Positions 62,721 to 64,000 of a stretch of 64,000 nucleotides of DNA are shown one piece after another. Below the pieces are notes generated by a model. The model was given only the letters and a program-made list of their open reading frames with translations. It ran no database searches and was not told the origin of the DNA. Source of the DNA: an uncultured Clostridia bacterium (GTDB taxonomy: Bacteria > Bacillota > Clostridia > TANB77 > CAG-508). Location of the stretch: positions 3,091 through 67,090 of the forward strand of contig CALXJJ010000003.1 in the NCBI GenBank assembly GCA_944388605.1, given 5' to 3'. The translations under genes were made by a program, and so were the position numbers. Each line of letters starts with the position of its first letter. Positions within the stretch are counted from its first letter, which is position 1.

Positions 62721-63169
62721 TCATATTTCAACTTTATAAGTGATATATTATTCCTTTCTAAAATGATTTCTCTATCTTTACATTTAATTACTATATTATT
62801 TTCAGTAAATCCCTTAAGTATGCCATTTATCTGTTTCCTTTCATTTACTGGCTTAAACAAATTGATTTGTATTTCACTTCCAATATTATCTTTTAAATGT
62901 TTATCTTTCCTTAGTATTCTTTCAATTCCTGGTGATGATACTTCTAAAAAATATTGTTCTTTTATATAATTCGCATCATCTAGAATATCATTTATACCAT
63001 TGTTTACTTTTTCGCAATCTTCTAAACTTATACCTGTTTTATTATCAATATATATCCTAAGGAAGTAATCTTTTCCTTCTTTCAAATATATACAATCATA
63101 AAGTTCATATCCAAGGCTTTCGATTATAGGTTTTATTAATTTTTCTACTTTATCTTCTATATTTGACAA
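62714..63169 (-). CDS. rimP: ribosome maturation factor RimP
   Basis: 151 aa RimP pattern, upstream of nusA. Confidence 0.9.
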   Translation of the reverse strand: MSNIEDKVEKLIKPIIESLGYELYDCIYLKEGKDYFLRIYIDNKTGISLEDCEKVNNGINDILDDANYIKEQYFLEVSSPGIERILRKDKHLKDNIGSEIQINLFKPVNERKQINGILKGFTENNIVIKCKDREIILERNNISLIKLKYDW

Positions 63170-63256
63170 TTTTTTCCTCCTTACTTGAGATTTCTTATTA
63201 ATTACAGAACTTTTACATACTATATATAATTTTTTCTAACTACAACTTAAAAGTTA

Positions 63257-63277
63257 AGAGTGGGATTTTCCCACTCT
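63257..63277 (-). terminator. short hairpin between rlmB and rimP
   Basis: agagtggg-atttt-cccactct. Confidence 0.3.
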
Positions 63278-63305
63278 CTTGTGTTTCTATTAAATTGCTA
63301 TACAT

Positions 63306-63334
63306 ATTATACTACCAATATTAGTAAAAATCAA
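63306..63334 (-). promoter_or_regulatory. candidate sigma-A promoter of the rimP-nusA-infB operon
   Basis: Minus strand TTGATT-17 nt-TATAAT. Confidence 0.3.
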
Positions 63335-63342
63335 CCCTTTTT

Positions 63343-64000
63343 TTATAATTTCTTGCCTCTCCTTGCCTCTACAACTTTATACATTATTATTCCTGCTGAT
63401 ACTGATGCATTTAGTGATGTTATCTTCCCATTCATAGGTATTTTTACTAAGAAGTCACAATTATTTTTTACTCTATTTGATATTCCTCTTCCTTCATTTC
63501 CTATAACTATTGCTATTGGCATATTATAATCTTGTTTGTCATAACATGTATTAGTATTTATATCTGTTCCAATTATCCAAAGTCCTTCTTTTTTTATCAT
63601 TTCTATTGTATCAGAAATATTTGTTACTCGTGCTATTTTCATATATTCTACTGCACCTGCTGAAGTTTTATTTACTGTACTATTTACACTTGCTGATCTC
63701 CTTTTTGGTATTATAATTCCATGAACTCCCGCTGTTTCTGCAGTTCTTATAATTGATCCTAAATTATGCGGATCTTCTATACCATCTAATATTAGTATAA
63801 ATGGTATCTCATTTCTTTCTTTTGCAACTTTTAATATATCCTCAACATCACAATATTCATAAGGTGGAACTATAGCAATTACTCCTTGATAATTAGTATT
63901 TTCTGCTATTTTATCCATTTGCCTTCTATCTTTTTCTATTATTATAACTTTCTTATCTTTTGCTTTTTGTATTATTTTATTTATTGAACCATGTTTTTCT
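63343..64000 (-). CDS. rlmB: 23S rRNA (guanosine-2'-O)-methyltransferase RlmB (SpoU/TrmH family), 3' part; continues past window end
   Basis: SPOUT motifs ILDGIEDPHNLGSIIRTAE, VIGNEGRGIS, ITSLNASVSAGIIMY. Reading frame stays open upstream of the track's Met to position 64000. Confidence 0.8.
   Translation of the reverse strand, partial: EKHGSINKIIQKAKDKKVIIIEKDRRQMDKIAENTNYQGVIAIVPPYEYCDVEDILKVAKERNEIPFILILDGIEDPHNLGSIIRTAETAGVHGIIIPKRRSASVNSTVNKTSAGAVEYMKIARVTNISDTIEMIKKEGLWIIGTDINTNTCYDKQDYNMPIAIVIGNEGRGISNRVKNNCDFLVKIPMNGKITSLNASVSAGIIMYKVVEARRGKKL

Overview
This window is an AT-rich (about 25-28% GC) chromosomal segment from a low-GC, spore-forming Firmicute (Clostridia-like). It has spoIVA, a gerA/B/C receptor locus, whiA, a Spo0E-like gene, and an IF-2 with an Asn-rich linker.

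Feature layout:
- 1-2.8 kb (minus): 3' part of a comF-family gene, translationally coupled (TAATG) to recD2.
- 3.4-19.4 kb (minus): the nearly complete alpha/spc/S10 ribosomal-protein supercluster, in canonical order (rplQ, rpoA, rpsD, rpsK, rpsM, rpmJ, infA, map, adk, secY, rplO, rpsE, rplR, rplF, rpsH, rpsZ, rplE, rplX, rplN, rpsQ, rpmC, rplP, rpsC, rplV, rpsS, rplB, rplW, rplD, rplC, rpsJ). It has a sigma-A promoter and a 215-nt leader. rpmD (L30) is absent, and several internal spacers are unusually long.
- 19.8-23.6 kb: a Spo0E-like small gene (below the ORF-track size cut-off), metG, then an atypical-composition patch next to a tRNA-Trp gene. The patch holds a frameshifted pilin-like small ORF with GC-rich codons, a 122-bp element with terminal inverted repeats, a (TA)12 microsatellite, and about 900 bp of non-coding DNA.
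- 23.6-45.2 kb: two 172-176 bp near-identical inverted repeats (23617-23792 and 44996-45167) bracket about 21 kb of housekeeping and sporulation genes. These are whiA, prmC, archaeal-type proS, tsaE-tsaB-rimI, a LonC-like protease, asd, dapA, an HD-domain gene, dapB, a DUF4363/DUF421 pair, a DUF360 membrane protein, a hexapeptide acyltransferase with a eukaryote-type UDP-sugar pyrophosphorylase, spoIVA, and gerA (frameshifted)-gerB-gerC.
- 45.4-64 kb: flavin reductase-like gene, rnr, secG, mutS2, ppiB, disA, radA, a hypothetical Asn-rich membrane protein, and the rlmB...rimP-nusA-ylxR-ylxQ-infB-rbfA-nrnA-truB cluster.

No CRISPR array, rRNA, integrase or transposase was seen.

Most notable observations:
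- The large inverted-repeat pair, which could mediate inversion of the 21-kb segment.
- A short hairpin repeat family (TAGGAAAG...CTTTCCTA, plus the GAACAAATCGGAAAGCCTTAAAATTTGTACTAATTT motif) found upstream of recD2, metG, asd and dapA and in other intergenic regions.
- The compositionally foreign, doubly frameshifted small ORF beside tRNA-Trp.
- Frameshifted gerA.
- A LonC-type protease with a degenerate Walker B motif.
- A split GlmU-like gene pair.
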